From NCBI GenBank assembly GCA_964106645.2, contig OZ067047.1: a stretch of 64,000 bases of DNA; one strand, given 5' to 3'. Below, in pieces: positions 52,014-64,000 of the stretch (position 1 is its first letter; every line of letters begins with the position of its first letter). Below the pieces are notes generated by a model. It was given only the letters and a program-made list of their open reading frames with translations. It ran no database searches and was not told the DNA's origin. Position numbers and translations under genes: made by a program. The DNA comes from Podarcis pityusensis. Its lineage: Eukaryota.

Positions 52014-52019
52014 AATAAA
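52014..52019 (+). terminator. Probable ORC5 polyadenylation signal (3' UTR about 480 nt)
   Basis: First AATAAA I can see after the stop codon, followed by T-rich sequence. No transcript evidence available. Confidence 0.6.
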
Positions 52020-54705
52020 CTTAAAAACCAAGCTGCTTATCTTTCATTCCTAGATCCTGTCTAGTTATTTGTAGATTCACTATTAGAACAGATTTGTAAA
52101 TACCATCTATTTTTTCACTAACCACCCAGTTCTTGCTGTTGCTTGTTGCAATTACATTCAGATAAGAGTGCACTTTGGCAAATTGCTCCCTTCTCTAAAG
52201 ATACACTGTCATGTAATATTGGAAAGAATAATAAGCTTATCTAGCCTGGAGAAGAAAGGTAGGAACTCTGGGGCAGCTTCCAGAGTTTTGCTGCACAGGG
52301 ATCTTTTCTCTGTGGTAAACACATACATCATGAGAAGGAAAACATATCACAATTACCATTAGTCAAATTGTGGATTGTTCTGTAGCTTTTGACACAGTGG
52401 TGGCTATCCTTTGGGCCTGGTGGAGTGAAGGGCAGGGCAGCTACTAGCAGGTGGAGCTAGGAGTAGGTGGAACCAGAGCTTACAACAGGTAGAGTTAGGG
52501 GCAGGGAGGAGCAGACAACAATGCTAAGGAGTGAGAAGAGGAAGGAAAAAAGAGCTGGGAAGATGCAGAAATAAGAGGGGTTAAGGAGTGGAGAGCAATT
52601 TTTCTACACTGCAGGAATGAAAGTACTCTCCTAACACAGAAACCAAACAATATTGCCATGGTTCCCTTCCCCTGCTTTAAAACAAAGCAACACAACCCAC
52701 CTTCACTTTCCCACCCTTTTTCTATGGACGATTGCATGAGCAAAGCTGTTGCTTTCTTTCTAGAAGGGGAGCAAGCTAAAGGGGTGGACCAAGCCACAGC
52801 AATGAAGGCTCCAAGCATGGAGAAAGGTGGAGAATGGGTGGTTATAACATGGGAGACAGAGTGGACTCAAGTGCTCAAGGTAAAGGAGGAAGGGCTTAGG
52901 GCTGCTGGCAGGGGGCAGACCACTGTTGGTGGCTCATTGTCAGTTTTAAACCAATCACTCCTGATTTGAAGCTTGAAGTGACTTCTGTCAAATGCATTTT
53001 CTGCTAGTTGTCAGTTGAGGGGCGGCAAGAATGCCTTGCCAGCTCTGTTTTTTTGTTTTGACACTGGAGTGAAAAGTCTATTTCTCTTTAGAGCTGGATA
53101 TTTTTTCTGCCTCTTTCAAACTTACTTTACTCTTGAAATCTTTATCTAGGGAACACTCTGGGAAAGTAGCAGGAAAGCCCTGCCTTCTGGTTTTTTTGTG
53201 ACACAATATGGACTATAGAAGTGTGGAGTTTGGGGCAAATGGCTCAGTTGGATGGAGACGTTGCGCCTGACCTCCTTGAGAGGAGAATGTGACTTTGGAG
53301 ACTATCCTTTGTGCCCAATATTTACTTAAGAAGGTCAGGAGTGTAAGGAAATGTCATTTAAAAGGCACTGTCCGTGCAGAGATAGCCGCTCATAAAACAC
53401 ACAGAATCCTGAAGTAATTTCAGTGGTGCTAGAAGCAGGTACCAAAGTCTTCTTAATTGGTCATCTTGAGAAATCTTCTAAAGCTACCAAGACCAATGTC
53501 TTGTGTTTGGCTCAGTTCCCTTGAGATCTGTTGTCAGTGACACCAGCATCCACAAAGAGCCACAAGTCAGCTCTGCCTCCAGTTCCATTGTTTAAGCAGA
53601 ATAGCAAATACGCACAGAGAACCAGTGCTGAGGATCCCTGCACCTCCGATACAGCTGAAAAGAAATCCATGGACTTGCCAATTATTCTAGAAGTGAGTCT
53701 CCTGGTCTTAGAGAAATTTCAAGAAGCCATAGTGATGCCCCAAGCTCCATATTACTTGAGTAGATTGAGGAAAGGGTTGCTTCAATCACAGAAGGTGAGC
53801 TGTACACACCTCTGTCACCCAAACTAGCAGGAGGGATGAGTTTGCCTTGCCTGCATTGATGATTCCATGTGAAAAAGTTTTGCCAGAGTAAAGACTGGAT
53901 TCATTCCACTCTGGTAGAATCTAGAATAAGTTCTGCAATCAATAGGCAGGCAAAGGTTGTCATAGGCAATAAATATCACTTTATGGGTTCTGTGGGCACT
54001 AGCGCAGCCAAGGATTTATACCACTAAGCCCTTACCATGCCAAAAGACCTGCAACATTTAAAATAAGTGTCTGAAGCCTCCCCCTTTTGCTTAGTGGACC
54101 TCTATAATGTCTGATTGAGAACTTGCAGGGCAAGGTGCCGAAGCTACACACGCGTGTGGAATATCTACCTTGTATAAATACATTCTCTTTTGGCTGTACT
54201 GTAGAAATGGAAAAAAGCACTCCAGCCATCAGTGGTTTTGGTCACATCAGAAACCTCTTTCCCACCAGCTGCATGCTTCAGGCTGCAGAACTGTTGCCTT
54301 TATAGAAACAGAGAGCTATGAATTATTGGATGATAGAGCATTTGCCACACCGCTGAGCTTAATTCTATAACAGAATGATCCTCATCAGTCTGGTGCTGTC
54401 AAGTGACTTGCAATTTTCAGCTAACACTGCATTGCATTTAATCTTGGATTCATGCTAAAGTGAGGTTGTCCTCACTTTATGGTTTTTTTTAATGCGTTGT
54501 AGGATTGAGAATCACTTTATATCTGATTTGAAATCAAATTCAATATCTGTGACTGGTACAGAAAGTTGCGAGGGGAGTAAACGACACACAAGGAACACCA
54601 GTTGAAGTTGAGCATGGGCACCTGCACCTCCTGTATTATGAAGACTGAAAAATATTTTATTATTTTTACACTGTAGCATATAATAGAAATTTAAGATAGT
54701 GGAAT

Positions 54706-55275
54706 AAAAAAGAAACATACAAAATAAAACAGTTAAAAAGACATTGATTTTCCAAGCCTATCTTCCCTACACTTATTTCCCCGGACCTCCTCATACCTCC
54801 CTTTTTTGTATTCCAGTTCAGTTTGTTAGTTCAGCAAATCCTTACCATTAAGCTTTTACCCAATTGTAGACCTTTTTTCATATCTCTTAAAGCATTACAG
54901 CTAAAAACCTCTTAGTTTCTATCCAACATCCTTCTAAGATTCCTTAATTTTACAATATTTCTGTAAATAGTCTTTAAATTTCTTCCAGTCTTCTTTCACC
55001 GACTCTTCTCCCTGGTCTCGGATTCTGCCAGTCATTTCCGCCAATTCCATGTAGTCAATCACCTTCATCTGCCATTCTTCCAGAGTGGGTAGATCTTGTG
55101 TCTTCCAATACTTTGCAATGAGTATTCTTGCTGCTGTTGTAGCATACATAAAAAAGGTTCTGTCCTTCTTTACTTTTTTGTTATATTTTAAAAACTTTAC
55201 TCTTGTTTCTGTATTCTGTATTTTTTGTATTTTTTGAAACTTTAATAAATATCATTTAAAAAAAAAGAAAAAAAA
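54706..55275 (+). mobile_element. L1-clade LINE, 5'-truncated, with 5' inversion
   Basis: Inverted part (54706 to about 55170) encodes on minus MYATTAARILIAKYWKTQDLPTLEEWQMKV...WKKFKDYL, a non-mammalian L1 ORF2 C-terminus. Direct part ends in AATAAA plus an A tail. 21-bp TSD AGAAAT(T/C)TAAGATAGTGGAAT (54685-54705, 55276-55296). Confidence 0.85.
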
Positions 55276-55509
55276 AGAAATCTAAGATAGTGGAATTGTT
55301 TAATGGTGTTTTCCCCCAGCATAGGCTACTGTAGGGTTTAGGCATGACATGTCCAGCAACCTGTGAAAGCGGATTATTTTATTATTCTTTCTTTATTTCC
55401 GTTTATATACCTCTTTACTATCTGAAGGTCTGACTGGTTTACATGCACAGTAAACCATTATTGACCAACAAAGGACTCAGCTACATTAGTAAAGAAAAAT
55501 TATTTTATA

Positions 55510-55542
55510 TGCATTATAACATTGCAACACCAGATGGCAGTG
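55510..55542 (+). promoter_or_regulatory. CTCF-like motif with upstream TGCA module
   Basis: TGCATTataacattgcaaCACCAGATGGCAGTG; core plus a plausibly spaced upstream module. Confidence 0.55.
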
Positions 55543-57718
55543 TGGAGTCCCGTCTTCAACCTATGAAGGTCACATCACGTTTTCCTGAAACACTTCTCTG
55601 ATGTGTCTACGTCCAGCCAAAGTATACTTGAAAGCCCACGGTGCACAAGATAAGTTTCAGGAATTTTGCTCGTGGATCTTGGGAATTCAGTGCAGCTAAC
55701 CCGATAGCAACCAGAGGGCCTGTAATATTTCTGCACAGACCTGCTGTGACATCAGAGCACATGAGCCAATGGTATCAGCAGTCAAGTAGTCAGATATCAA
55801 GGAGATGACTGCTAGAGTGAAGAGGTCACAAGACAGGGAGAAGTTCTTATAAAACACAATATACCAACCTGCATGGGGGGATGATGCTGCCCACCTCACC
55901 TTGTTAAGACACATTACTGCTTCTTACCTTGGGGAGGGCCTTGGGGTGTTCCCAGGCACACACTAATGTTTCAAAATACCAGGGATTGTGGCAAGGAGGA
56001 GAGAGTAGGCAGCAGCAGCCGGCTGCCTCAACCTGTGGGGAAGTGACCTTGAGAAGAGAGAGGAAGGGAGAAGGAGGGAAACAGAGGCAGAAGAAAAAGG
56101 CTGGAATGTTTCTGCAACTTCTGCCTATATCTGCCTCTATCAGTGGTGCTGCAGTGTTTGGCTTCAGCGGCAGCAGTAAGGTCAGGTGAGTAAAGCTGGC
56201 CCTCCCCTACTGTGTGTGTTGCATGATGTTGTGTGAGAATCAAAAATAAAAATAGCTACTATATATTGCATTTTTACAAAGTGCCTAATTCGCTATATAA
56301 TATGATTATCTATGTTGGACGTAATTCAGCAAGCATTGTCAGTTCTAATCACGCTTGCTTAGAAGAAGGCCCACTGAATTCAACTGGGCTTGCTCCCTTG
56401 TTAAATTGTTTTAGCAAACATATTGAATTATTTTCCCATTGGGCCTATGTTATCTTCTTTATCCTGCTGCATTTTTTAAAATCACGGCTTCTGTTTGCAG
56501 AGTGGATGTACAGTTTTCTGAATCTGATTTAGCAGCCTTTTATACGTCCTCATCGTTCCTTTCGCACAAAAGTCATTGCACAGTTTTATTAACAGAACTA
56601 TAACCCCATATAAGGCTAAAGTCAGCCAAACAATGTGGTGCTCAACATCCTGAAGATATTGTTTAATGGTCTTGGCTATCATGGTTGCAGAGAAAAGATT
56701 AGACAATATGTGCATGCCGTTCTGCTTCTTGGTGAAAAGTAAATGAATCCAGATTTTTCAAAACCTGAGTTGAAGAGAGTTAAACACGCAAACCTATGGA
56801 AACATACATAAATATACTTAAGCCATTTATGCTCAATTGACAGTTATGGTAAGTTTGACAAGGTCACTGAAAAAAATATACTCAAAATCTTGAGAGGTTT
56901 CCTCCTGAGAGTGCCAAATTCTCCAGTATGCCTCTTACTACATCCTAAAAAATCCTGTCTGATTCACTGTTAAAGACGGGGGCCAGCCTCAAATTCATTG
57001 TTGCTCATAGCCATTGTCCTCTTCCCCTTTACAACTTACAGTGGTGGTAGTGTTCTGCGCTGGTAATTCACCACCTATTAGTTCCATCTCTTTAATACGA
57101 CACTTTGAAAACATACTTTAACTTTTAAAAAATCTGATAAATGAAGTTAATTCCCAACAACATCAGCCCTTCGGCTTTCTTGCTTGCTATTCATAAGCAG
57201 CATGCTCTCTATGTTTGCCACTTCACTTGAGCTACAGAAGTTATTTATGAAGGAGGAAAGCCCATCTTTAACCTTATGCGTCTGAATTGTGAACATTTAT
57301 AATCATAGGGTAGGCATACCTGCTAATAGCTTGCTATTTTTTGTAGTCTTGGTGGGGAGTAACAGTTTATGAAATGCACAATTCTTACAGATTGATCCCC
57401 AAAGTATTTTTTATAACTTTTCATAACAGTGAACAGTCATCCTTGAATTTAAAATGCTCTTTTCCACAAGCAGCGCAGAGCAGCAGTGACAACAGTGAAG
57501 CCAAAACAATTCCCAAAACTAAGTGATGCTCCACATCATGTTTGGTTTTCTCCTCCCACAACTATGAATGGTCAGTCATGTTGCAGAGTTTGCAGGACAT
57601 CTTCTGGAATGCCTCCATCTGACGGGTCCCCGCTGATTTTCAGATTTGAAATTGTGATTTTGATGGGATAAAATTCTGCAGTCCTGATTGGTTCCATTGT
57701 TCCCCCTGACTTCTCTTG

Positions 57719-58015
57719 TGTCATGAGCCCAGCAGAGGTGTCATGGAGGGGATGGTTGGATCAGAAGGAGGAATGGAGTCAGAGGACCCTGGGTCTGGGG
57801 AGGGCTCTTTCAGGACCCCAAGAAACAGCAAAGCCAATGAAGGTCTGCGAACAGGAGAGCACAGGACTGGATCCTGGAGAGGGGCTGATGGGTTGTCAGG
57901 AAAGTGTCCTCCTGTCACTGAGCCTCTCTCTGCCCTCAGAGGTGGTGCTCCTCTGTCTCCTAGAAACAGGCAGATGCCAATGCAGGCGCAAACAGGCACA
58001 TACCCATCACTGAAC
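57719..58015 (+). mobile_element. Degenerate or truncated LTR-like segment
   Basis: Starts TGTCATG with G/A-rich composition like the 45411 and 10003 LTRs; no 3' CA end or TSD found. Confidence 0.45.
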
Positions 58016-58370
58016 GTTAGTCAGGCTGGGTAGGGCTGATGGGAGATCCAATAACATCTGCAGGGCTACAGTTTCCCCATCCCAGCATTCTCTGCTTCCA
58101 TGCACAGAAACTTTAATGTGAACAAAAGTTTGCAAGCCTTTGTTATGCAAATAGATCCTACCATATTACCCACCGCTTTTTAAACAGAGGATGGATCTAA
58201 CAGGAAAAGCCTGCCCAAGTAAGCATTTGTATGTGTGCAGGTCTTTTTACATTTGGGCTGAAATTTTGTCCTTGCATACATAGAAATAATCCTTACTGAA
58301 ATCAGTAAGACTTACTTCTGAGTAGACATGTACTCTGCAAAGCCTCAATGTATGGCAGTGGAGGACTCAT

Positions 58371-58618
58371 GAGCCAGTGTGGTGTAGTGATTAAGAGCGG
58401 TGGACTTGTAATCTGGTGAACTGGGTTCGATTCCCCGCTCCTCCACTTGCAGTTGCTGGGTGACCTGGGGCTAGTCATACTTCTCTGAAGTCTCTCAGCC
58501 CCACTCACCTCACAGAGTGTTTGTTGTGGTGGAGGAAGAGAAAGGAGAATGTTAGCTGCTTTGAGACTCCTTCGAGTAGTGATAAAGTGGGATATCAAAT
58601 CCAAACTCTTCTTCTTCT
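58371..58618 (+). mobile_element. Squam3-type tRNA-derived SINE
   Basis: gagccagtgtggtgtagtgattaagagcggtggac head, B-box gggttcgattccc, (CTT)n tail. Confidence 0.82.
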
Positions 58619-59841
58619 CCCATGCTCTGCAGAGTATAATTCTATACTCTGGGACTATTTGTTTAGACTGAAGTCTTAAGAAAGAAACTCCCACACGAAA
58701 ACCCTCTCAACTGATATCATTTAACTGGATCATTAGTTTCAATTATGACTTGGGATATTTTAGCTGTAGTTCAGTACTGTACCTTTGTTCTTCCCTATCC
58801 TTATGATTTTTATAAATATACTAAATAGATAATATTTTTCCATGCCTTTATAATTCATGGAACATTCATATTTTTTAGTAAAAAGGTGTACCATCAGCAT
58901 TCAATATATTATTGCTAAGAAACTCAGCATCAGACTCCTTCTTGACATATGGCTGCAGCGGCACATGGTACATTAATTGCACGGGACTTGATAATGTGTT
59001 CTTAGACCTCATAGAAATATGGAGAGAACACTGTGTCTGGGGTTGATAAGTCAGAACACAGCAATCATTGCCTTTCTGTCACCAACCAGAGCAGGTGGAT
59101 TCTGACTCTGTGATTCATGTATAGGAGCAGTAATCCCATTATCAACCATCAACAATAAATATGCCACAGCAGGCATTCATATGGCTTGCTGTGATATGCA
59201 GGAGCTATTACTATGTACAGCGCGGCACAGAGCATGGGGCTATGCTAAAGAGCATTTGGATTATCAAGGGTTCAGATAAACAGAGCTATGTTGGGGAGGA
59301 CTATCCGGGTGTAGTGGTGCATAGGGCCAGACAGTCAATTCTAGATAAGCAGAGCAGAAAATTTGGAAAGCTCTGAAAATTTTTAAAATGCCCTATAGTG
59401 TATGGCTGCTTGAAACATGGTAGGTAGAATGAAGCACTTGTGGTCTTGTCAGTGCTGGAAATGCATAGATGTAGGTGCCGTTTATGATACACGAATGCGC
59501 TCTCCGTAAGAACTGTATGAAACACGGGTAAAGCTGATTTAAGTTTCCTGGTGGAAATATTTCCAGAGTTTGCTAAATACAGAAGTAATAATATTAGCGC
59601 TGCTTGCCTGCCTTGTACCAAGGGGCAGGGGCAGATAGATGCTTTTCCACTTTATTTTAACTCTCTTCTGAAGATTCAGCAAGCAATTTATGAACATCAG
59701 GGCTGGAGGGCTTGTGGGAAAGGATGTTTGTTTTTCAAAAACGGACCTGATTTATGTCTAGTGGATAAATAATTCAAATGACATAATTTGTTACTAGTAT
59801 AGCTGTATATTCTAAACCATTTTTGGATATAAGATGTTGCT

Positions 59842-60164
59842 TTTTTGTTTGTTAAATTTATATACCACCATCCAAAGATCACAGGACAATTTATAATGTA
59901 ATAATATTATAATATAATATAAAAACACAAACACACCGACAGACAAAGCAATAAGCCCCCAACACAAAGTTAAAAAGGTCATGGATTATTTAATTAGCCA
60001 AAGGCCTGGAAGAAGAGGAATGTTTTCACCTGGTGCCTAAAGATATGCAATGAAGGTGCCAGGTGAGCCTCCCTGGGGAGAACATTCCACAAACGGGGGG
60101 CCACTGCAGAAAAGGCCCGTTCTTGTGTTGCCAACCGCCGGACCTCTTGTGGAGGGGGCACATG
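59842..60164 (-). mobile_element. L2 LINE 3' fragment
   Basis: aaggcctgg...ttttcacctggtgcctaaa...cattccacaaacggggggccactgcagaaaaggccc is typical of the squamate L2 ORF2 end read on the opposite strand. Confidence 0.65.
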
Positions 60165-60284
60165 GAGCTGAAAGTGACCATGAGGGTCATCTAGTCCAAC
60201 CCCTGCAATGCAAGAATCTTTTACCCAATGTGGGGCTTGAATCCATAACCCTGAGCTTAGTCTCGTGCTTCACCAGCTGAGCTG
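60165..60284 (-). mobile_element. tRNA(Lys)-like SINE with CR1 tail
   Basis: Reverse complement of the 4372-4508 family. Confidence 0.65.
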
Positions 60285-60517
60285 TTCCAGCAGATGATGC
60301 AGGTACAATATATCAAAGGGATATTGGGGGTAAATGAGAAGTCAAATAAAAGAAATCTTAGACTGTAACATCCCATGACACCCTGTGTTCTTTTTACATA
60401 ATTATAAGGAAGGCTTAGTGAGATTAGAGCATAAAGAACTAGTTTACTTTATGTCAGGGTACTACGCTTTACACCTTCCATTAAGGAATGGTTTGACAAA
60501 ATATGGGAATTTGTGGC

Positions 60518-60519
<2 letters not shown>

Positions 60520-60549
<30 letters not shown>

Positions 60550-60551
60550 TC
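60520..60551. repeat. (TTTC)n microsatellite
   Basis: About 8 units seen directly. Confidence 0.9.
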
Positions 60552-61495
60552 AAGACAGGGTAATGTTTGGCTAAGATGGGCAAAGTTTATTGAATATAGT
60601 AATAGAAAGAGATTAGTACCAAATCCAGGTTATGGATTTGCAATTTTTTGATACCAATTAAGATGAAAGGGAGGTTGCTGGCTGAGACTCCCATAGGAAT
60701 ATCCTCATGTTATCGTATATGTAATGTTGCATTTGAATTTGAGAGCTTGTTAAGTTAGATATGAATTGTTTTGTTTAAATTGTATTACGAGGGAGAGCTG
60801 GGCCCTGACTGACTTCAGGTATAAAAGCTGCTGCAGCTGCTACCAGAGACCATCTTGCTGTTAGTGCAGAAAGACCTGCTGTTCAGGATGTCTAGAGACT
60901 ATCAAGGAGGGGTGCTGTTTAGGAGTTTTTGCTGGGGGCCAAGCTTTAATTTTGGAGCTGCATTATTTTTGCTGTTGTTGATTTTTTAAAATATAGTTTT
61001 ATTGTTAGACCTCATTATGCGGGGGTTGTTTAATTTTATTCTATTTTTGCTGTGGTGTTTTCTTCAGTTTATTGTTTGCCTATTTAAATTCCATTATATT
61101 TCTGCAACTCTTAAGAGTGAATTATGCAAAAAAAGTAAGTTATTTTGTGAACCACCTTGACCGTGGTTTATCTACGGAAAGGCAGCATACAAATAAATGA
61201 CTCTTTATTTTCACAGGTCCCCACTTGATCTCACCACAATTAGCATTATCCTTGATCAACATAATTAACACACATCTCCCCCACCCCCACCCCCGCAGCT
61301 GAAGAGTTAATGCTTTATCGTCATTCGGAGTTGGACCTACAGAGTAAAGCTGTGATCCTATAATAAAATACAAGATGGTTTAATAATGCAAAAATTGGGG
61401 CTCCCAGGTGCCTGAATTGCTGAAGAGAGGAGGAACAGATTTTCTTTCTCTTGTGTCTTCATCAGCTGATGTGAGTGAGTAGCTAGAAGCTAGAA

Positions 61496-61631
61496 CAGGC
61501 ATAGGCAAACTCGGCCCTCCAGATGTTTTGGGACTACAACTCCCATCATCCCTAGCTAACAGGACCAGTGGTCAGGGATGGTGGGAATTGTAGTCTCAAA
61601 ACATCTGGAGGGCCGAGTTTGCCTATGCCTG
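61496..61631. mobile_element. 136-bp hAT MITE
   Basis: TIRs CAGGCATAGGCAAACTCGGCCCTCCAGATGTTTT...AAAACATCTGGAGGGCCGAGTTTGCCTATGCCTG; 8-bp TSD AGCTAGAA (61488-61495, 61632-61639). Confidence 0.92.
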
Positions 61632-64000
61632 AGCTAGAAGCTACTCACTGGGGGGATTGCTCACAGGCCAGAGCCTATGATTTCCTGATAGGTTTGAGCT
61701 CTGACACCTCTCTGGGTCAAATAAGACAAGATGGAGATCTGTCACTGGATCTCGTCTCTCTTTTTAAACCGCAGCCCCAAACCCACTGATTTGGTTTACG
61801 AACCTGGTGGTGGAGGAGGGATTAAACTGTGTGCCTGCCAGCTGATACTTGCTCCATTTGGGAAAAATTACAGATACTGGAAGTTTTCCTCCCCTAATAA
61901 ACAAGTAGGATAATTTGGAGGGAGATTTAAAATGGGGAAGTGACACATTAATTCACTCACTCAACACTGTGACCTTATCTAACTACTGGCTTCGCACAAG
62001 AGGGAAAGAGACATGTTTTGAGGTATATAATCAAGTGGTATAGAAATATTACAAAATAAAAATAAACAACAAGAGGGACGTGTAAGAAAATGCTGTTGGG
62101 TACCCTTACGTCCCGAGTGCTCCTGTTTAGGGTGTCAGCCATGCCCTAGTCCAGGCTGCCCATTCCATTCCCAACCCCAGCTAACTTATTTTCTTTTCCA
62201 ATTGATACTCAATATTCTGCGGCTGCTGAGCATGTTGAGTCTTCCTTGGGTTTTGTGAGGAGTTTCCTCCTTAGGATCCCTCCCCCTGATACTTATCCAA
62301 ACCTTGAGGCTCATCCAAACATGCAGATGCCTCCCACTTGTTTCTCAGTAGACCCATTTTGCCTCCAATCCACTCATCCCCTGAGATTGCTATTTGGAGG
62401 AGTGACTTAGAGATCCGTGGTTCACTCATGTTGCGTTTAGTTTGGTTAAGCATTGCCAGTTAGAAAGGGATGCATCAACAGGACCTCTCCTCTCACAGGG
62501 ATACTTTCTGACTCTTCCTCCTTCCAAGATGGCTTCTTGGCTTGTAAAAATATTTGCACTACTGATAATAAGGTACATTAAAAAAAAAAAAAAAGATAAA
62601 GCTATTGGGAAAATGTATTCTGCTAAAGTAGCATAAAAATGTAAAATGCTGTGTTTCCTTTGTATAAATCTCAGGGATGACACATTTATTTAAAGGTGGG
62701 TGTCAGTCATCTAAAAATAAACATGGGATCAAAGTTCTGTTTACCATGGGATTAATAATTACCTCATTGATATGAACCAGAACCCAGTGACCCTGGAAAG
62801 CGTTTCCTGTCAGTCTTGACATACTGTATGCTTAGAAGATAATGCCATATGATTTATTTCAGTCGATACTTACAAATATTAGCTCAAAAGGTTCTTTCAA
62901 GCCAAATAGGAACATTAAAAATAGTTAGGTGTTTCCCCACCACCACCACCACCACTCCCTCTCTTCAAATCTTATCTGCAGGAAGGCTAAGGTTTACTAG
63001 AAGGGTTGAAGCATCTACATTTCAGCTATATGGAAGCAATTTATTTTTGCCAAGTCAAAGAGCCACGAACACCCAGAAGTCAGTAGCAAGAGGTGAATGC
63101 AAGGTCCTGTTTAACTCGTGAACCCATTGATCTTTGCATCCTTGAACTGGATGTCAACAATGAATGATTGCCCTAAGAGACTCAGAACATCAAGCCACTT
63201 ACATTATAGATGCATTATGGTCTGTAATCCCACATCTGTGCCAATCTCTAGCACATAGCCATCTGTCAAGAATTTCCACGAGTTTTAATCTTGAATCATA
63301 AGTATAATCTTGACTCATACTCACTGAGGTAAAACATTACACTACATTTAATCAGTGTGAAGTATTTATTATAAGAATATATCTTTTAATAAAAACACTT
63401 TGTGGCTAATCCAGAATAAATAGTGGTATGCTGATGGAAGACTTAAGCCTCTTTCAAATTAATTTGAAAGACTTCACTCTCCTTCTCCTCCTGCTAATTT
63501 ATGTCCTTACTTAAAATGTTTTGTAATAACTGGTTAAGAATAGAAATTCATATAAATACACTTACAAAAACCACATAAAGCATTTGTGCTTTGAAAGCAA
63601 CTTTCCCTAACACTGTTTTGTTTATTTATGGGAATGAGCCCAAATTCTCCTTCACAAGAACTATACAAAGTAAGTGGGTTTTTTGCAATTCAAATGAGTC
63701 CCTAAGAACATAAGGAGGAAAATATGCAACCTGCCAGAATAGCATGAAACTTCAATATGAAAATTGTATCGGCAAGTGTCTACCAATTTCAAATTAAAAA
63801 TCAAAGGGAGCCATTAAAAGAGGAGTGTGTTGTCTCCAATATGTAACACTGAGACACTTACACCTTCCCCAAAGAAGGGAAGAAGCCCAAATGGCAAGCC
63901 TTTCCGTTTACAATCCATAAATTATCAAGTCATTTCTCACTTGTGGAATTAATATTAGTCTACGCCCCCACATCATCTTGAGACCGGAGCAAGCCAAATT

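Noticed and set aside
53150-53900. Possible degenerate DIRS/gag-like remnant (98-aa ORF 53531-53827)
   Set aside because: Only a vague resemblance, with no termini or diagnostic motif. A tBLASTx against a repeat library would be needed.

Overview
Squamate reptile genomic DNA, probably a lacertid lizard (inferred from Sauria SINEs, Squam3-type SINEs and Bov-B LINEs). The window holds the 3' two-thirds of ORC5 on the + strand: ten GT-AG coding exons from 861 to 51542, matching vertebrate exons 5-14 in sequence and phase, with a 35.3-kb intron between exons 12 and 13. About 12 kb of downstream intergenic DNA follows (towards RELN if amniote synteny holds). The rest is intron or intergenic sequence rich in transposons. 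The best-supported extras are: an antisense PSMA2 processed pseudogene in intron 12; an internally deleted, TSD-flanked 1-kb Bov-B; an L1 with a twin-priming 5' inversion and a 21-bp TSD; several solo LTRs with 5-bp TSDs, some carrying acidic-to-basic open frames; three 136-bp hAT MITEs with the same core but different TIRs; pogo/Tigger-like elements built from tandem hairpins; and three co-oriented CTCF-like motifs plus enhancer-like non-repeat blocks. I found no convincing new gene system. Most long ORFs in the track are repeat-derived or chance.
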